Below the pieces are notes generated by a model that worked only from the letters and a program-made list of their open reading frames with translations, was not told the origin of the DNA and made no database searches. From assembly GCA_963706955.1 (NCBI GenBank), contig CAVPOC010000007.1:42261-106260 (forward strand): a stretch of 64,000 nucleotides of DNA, written 5' to 3'. Positions 61,769 to 64,000 of this stretch are shown in pieces. A program made the position numbers and the translations under genes. Source of the stretch: an uncultured Verrucomicrobiae bacterium. GTDB taxonomy: Bacteria > Verrucomicrobiota > Verrucomicrobiia > Chthoniobacterales > Terrimicrobiaceae. Every line of letters begins with the position of its first letter. Position 1 is the stretch's first letter.

Positions 61769-62367
61769 ACAAGCATCGGTGAGTCAAGGGTCGAGGGCAT
61801 CTTCTTGCAGGACGCAAGATGGACCTCGGAGGCAAGCGGCATCGATGATGTCGAGGAGGTTTTTCGTTTGACTGACGAATGGGCATCCCACTTCAGGCAT
61901 CCTCAGCACGAACGGCTCCGCGGAAGAGCGCCGTGTCACGCAAGAGACTACCGATCGGGCATGGGCGAAAGATGTAAGCGGCAAAAGAGGCCGCCGGAGC
62001 TACTTGGGTCAGCGCGTTTTTGAGCCACGTCGATCCGGAGTAGCTGCTGTGGGGATTTTGGCTTGAGGCTTCCCTCCGGGCCATGGGCAACATGAAGGCC
62101 GGGGATATCCAGGGGTTGCAACATCGTACCGCAAGTGGTGCGCGTCTCAAGGAAGTCAGCCAGTAGTCCGACCCTTCGCACCCTGCGGCAATGCACGTGA
62201 TTATCGCGGCCTCAGCCTAGCGGGGTGGTGGCGCTCGACGAAGGCGATCGTGGGAAGACAACTTGCGGCTTGTAAGCTTTACAGGCCGTCGGCCATCGAG
62301 CGCCAGCCCATTAGCTAAGGGCAGGACCAAAATATATGCGTCGCATGGACGGCGTGTCGGGCGCTCC

Positions 62368-62417
62368 TGTCAAGCGCCCTGCGAAATCCACAGGCGCTTG
62401 GCACAAGCGCCTCCACA
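62368..62417. repeat. Hairpin repeat family 2, copy 3
   Basis: ctgtcaagcgccctgcgaaatccacaggcgcttggcacaagcgcctccac, about 30 bp downstream of the nuoF stop. Confidence 0.55.
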
Positions 62418-62444
62418 CCATTTCGGCATCGTATCGCCAGAGGT

Positions 62445-63818
62445 TTACTTGGCGGCGGAATCTTTCTTTGCTGACGCGGCGCCGGCAAACTCCTCAGGAA
62501 ACTTGCTGAGAAAGCTTTGGGTTGGCCACGAGCAAGCTTCGCCAAAGGCGCAAACCGTTCGGCCGGCGATATTGTCGGCGACACTCTTGAGCACGCTCGG
62601 ATCCTTGCCCCGGCCGCTTCCCGCCAGCATCCGTGTCGTGATCTTCGACATCCAGAGGCTGCCTTCGCGGCACGGAGTGCACTGACCGCAACTTTCGTTG
62701 GCGTAGAATTGATTCAGGTTATTCAGTGCCCAGACCATATTGCGCGAATCATCCATCACCATGACGCCGCCGCTCCCCACCATCGTGCCGACGGAGGCCA
62801 GGCTGGAAGCGTCCATGACCACGTCGAGCATCTTGATCTCCTTGTCGACCAGCTTTCCTCCGGCATCCTTGCCCTTGATCTTGTAGACATCCTCGGCACG
62901 CATCACTTTTGCGGAACTTCCCCCGGGAATAACCGCTTTCAGTTTGCGACCGGGTTTGAGGCCTCCGCACACATCGAAGATCAATTCTCCGAGCGTCACG
63001 GCGCCGGCAGGAAGTTCGTAGAAACCCGGCTTGACCACATCTCCGCTGACGCACATGGTTCGCGTTCCGCCGTCACCGGGAGTGCCCATCCGCGCATACT
63101 CGATGGCACCGAGACGGAGGATGTGTTTGATGTGGCAGATCGTCTCTACGTTGTTAACGATAGTCGGCTTGAGATAAAGCCCGAGGACCGCCGGAAAGTA
63201 GGGCGGTTTGATGCGCGGATACGGCCGCTTTCCCTCCAGAGATTCGAGAAGGCTCGTCTCCTCGCCACAAATATAGGCACCGGCACCTTGATGGACGAAA
63301 ACATCCACATCGAAGCCCGAACCAAGAATATTCTGGCCGAGAAAACCTTTCGCGCGGGCGTCTTGAATCGCCGTCCAGACGATGCGGGCGGCCGCGGGAA
63401 ATTCACACCTTATATAGATGTAACAAAGGTGCGTATTCGTGGCGTAGGCTGAGATGGCCAGACCTTCAATAAGTTGGTGCGGGTCGTAGTGGAGAATGTA
63501 GCGATCCTTGAAAGTTCCGGGCTCGGACTCGTCAGCATTGACGACGATATAGTGTGGTTTGCCGTCGTCGTACTTGATAAAGCCCCACTTGGCGCCGCAA
63601 GGAAAGCCAGCCCCACCGCGGCCACGTAAATTGGAAGCCTTGACCGCATCAACAATCTCGGAAGGCTTCATCGTGACAGCTCTCCTTAGCGATTCATATC
63701 CACCGTGCGCGAGGTACGTTTCAATACTGGTGTCATAGCCAGGCTTGCTAATGTTCTCGAAAACAATCCGCCGTTCCTTTGGATGCGGCGCCGGCATGAC
63801 AAAGGTTTTGCCGTTCAT
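62445..63818 (-). CDS. nuoF: NADH-quinone oxidoreductase subunit F
   Basis: 457-aa ORF with GRGGAGFPCGAKWGF (FMN/NADH site) and ESCGQCTPCREG (4Fe-4S) motifs. Confidence 0.95.
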   Translation of the reverse strand: MNGKTFVMPAPHPKERRIVFENISKPGYDTSIETYLAHGGYESLRRAVTMKPSEIVDAVKASNLRGRGGAGFPCGAKWGFIKYDDGKPHYIVVNADESEPGTFKDRYILHYDPHQLIEGLAISAYATNTHLCYIYIRCEFPAAARIVWTAIQDARAKGFLGQNILGSGFDVDVFVHQGAGAYICGEETSLLESLEGKRPYPRIKPPYFPAVLGLYLKPTIVNNVETICHIKHILRLGAIEYARMGTPGDGGTRTMCVSGDVVKPGFYELPAGAVTLGELIFDVCGGLKPGRKLKAVIPGGSSAKVMRAEDVYKIKGKDAGGKLVDKEIKMLDVVMDASSLASVGTMVGSGGVMVMDDSRNMVWALNNLNQFYANESCGQCTPCREGSLWMSKITTRMLAGSGRGKDPSVLKSVADNIAGRTVCAFGEACSWPTQSFLSKFPEEFAGAASAKKDSAAK

Positions 63819-64000
63819 CTGTACTTTTCCACGATGTCAGGAACCGCTTCGGGAGCGATTCTTTCGTGGAGATCATCGTTAATCAGCGCGACCGGCGCAC
63901 TGCCACAGCTGGCCAGGCACTCGACGAATTCCACACTAAATTTTCCATCAGCGCTGGTGGGCGGCGCACTGCCATAGCCATGGTGCTCGGCATGCGGATC
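63815..64000 (-). CDS. nuoE: NADH-quinone oxidoreductase subunit E (C-terminal part; the gene continues beyond the window)
   Basis: The minus-strand frame reads ...SADGKFSVEFVECLASCGSAPVALINDDLHERIAPEAVPDIVEKYR-stop. The stop overlaps the nuoF ATG (ATGA). Confidence 0.85.
   Translation of the reverse strand, partial: DPHAEHHGYGSAPPTSADGKFSVEFVECLASCGSAPVALINDDLHERIAPEAVPDIVEKYR

Noticed and set aside
62517-63452. 311-aa plus-strand ORF, and 62263..62685
   Set aside because: Both are antisense to the unmistakable nuoF gene. They are shadow ORFs.

Overview
This is a 64-kb chromosomal segment from a moderately GC-rich heterotrophic bacterium. It contains no rRNA, tRNA or CRISPR. Gene content (a futalosine-pathway mqn gene, many Gfo/Idh/MocA oxidoreductases, weak Shine-Dalgarno signals) resembles PVC/Verrucomicrobiota-type soil bacteria, but that is only a guess.

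The window falls into three blocks.
(i) 0-20.8 kb is a cyclitol/inositol-like catabolic locus. It holds five Gfo/Idh/MocA dehydrogenases, an IolE-type inosose dehydratase, a second TIM-barrel isomerase, a split transketolase, a YdiJ-like FAD/Fe-S dehydrogenase, tandem gabD paralogs, a DeoR regulator and an RbsABC-type transporter.
(ii) 20.9-39.5 kb is housekeeping: manC-like, valS, a cell-wall amidase, murI, an mqn radical-SAM gene, a YhaM-like OB/HD protein, DUF1275, mlaFED, carB, a cNMP-binding protein and rpsO-pnp.
(iii) 39.5-61.8 kb is a decayed, mosaic accessory region. It carries IS630 and IS256 remnants, a truncated RAYT-like gene and an OprB porin. It also carries a mannitol/sorbitol-type polyol module (mtlK-like, Zn-ADH, SmoEFGK-like ABC), fructokinase, Fe-ADH, a XylR-like regulator, a lower-GC RbsABC-like operon with a cytidylate-kinase-like gene, and a ribitol-dehydrogenase-like SDR.
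The window ends in nuoF and a partial nuoE.

Four signals cut across the blocks.
- A GTAG-headed REP/REPIN repeat family has five loci, one abutting the RAYT remnant.
- A second small hairpin repeat family has three copies.
- A roughly 100-200 bp regulatory cassette is triplicated, with paired TGCGCA boxes plus a -10 element. Two of its copies bracket the low-GC operon as direct repeats.
- About eleven single-nucleotide frame disruptions sit in otherwise conserved genes, including essential valS and carB. This argues for sequence-quality problems rather than mass pseudogenisation.

I found no recognisable defence system, secretion system or biosynthetic cluster. The most novel candidates are the non-canonical cyclitol pathway and the repeated regulatory cassette with its bracketed island.
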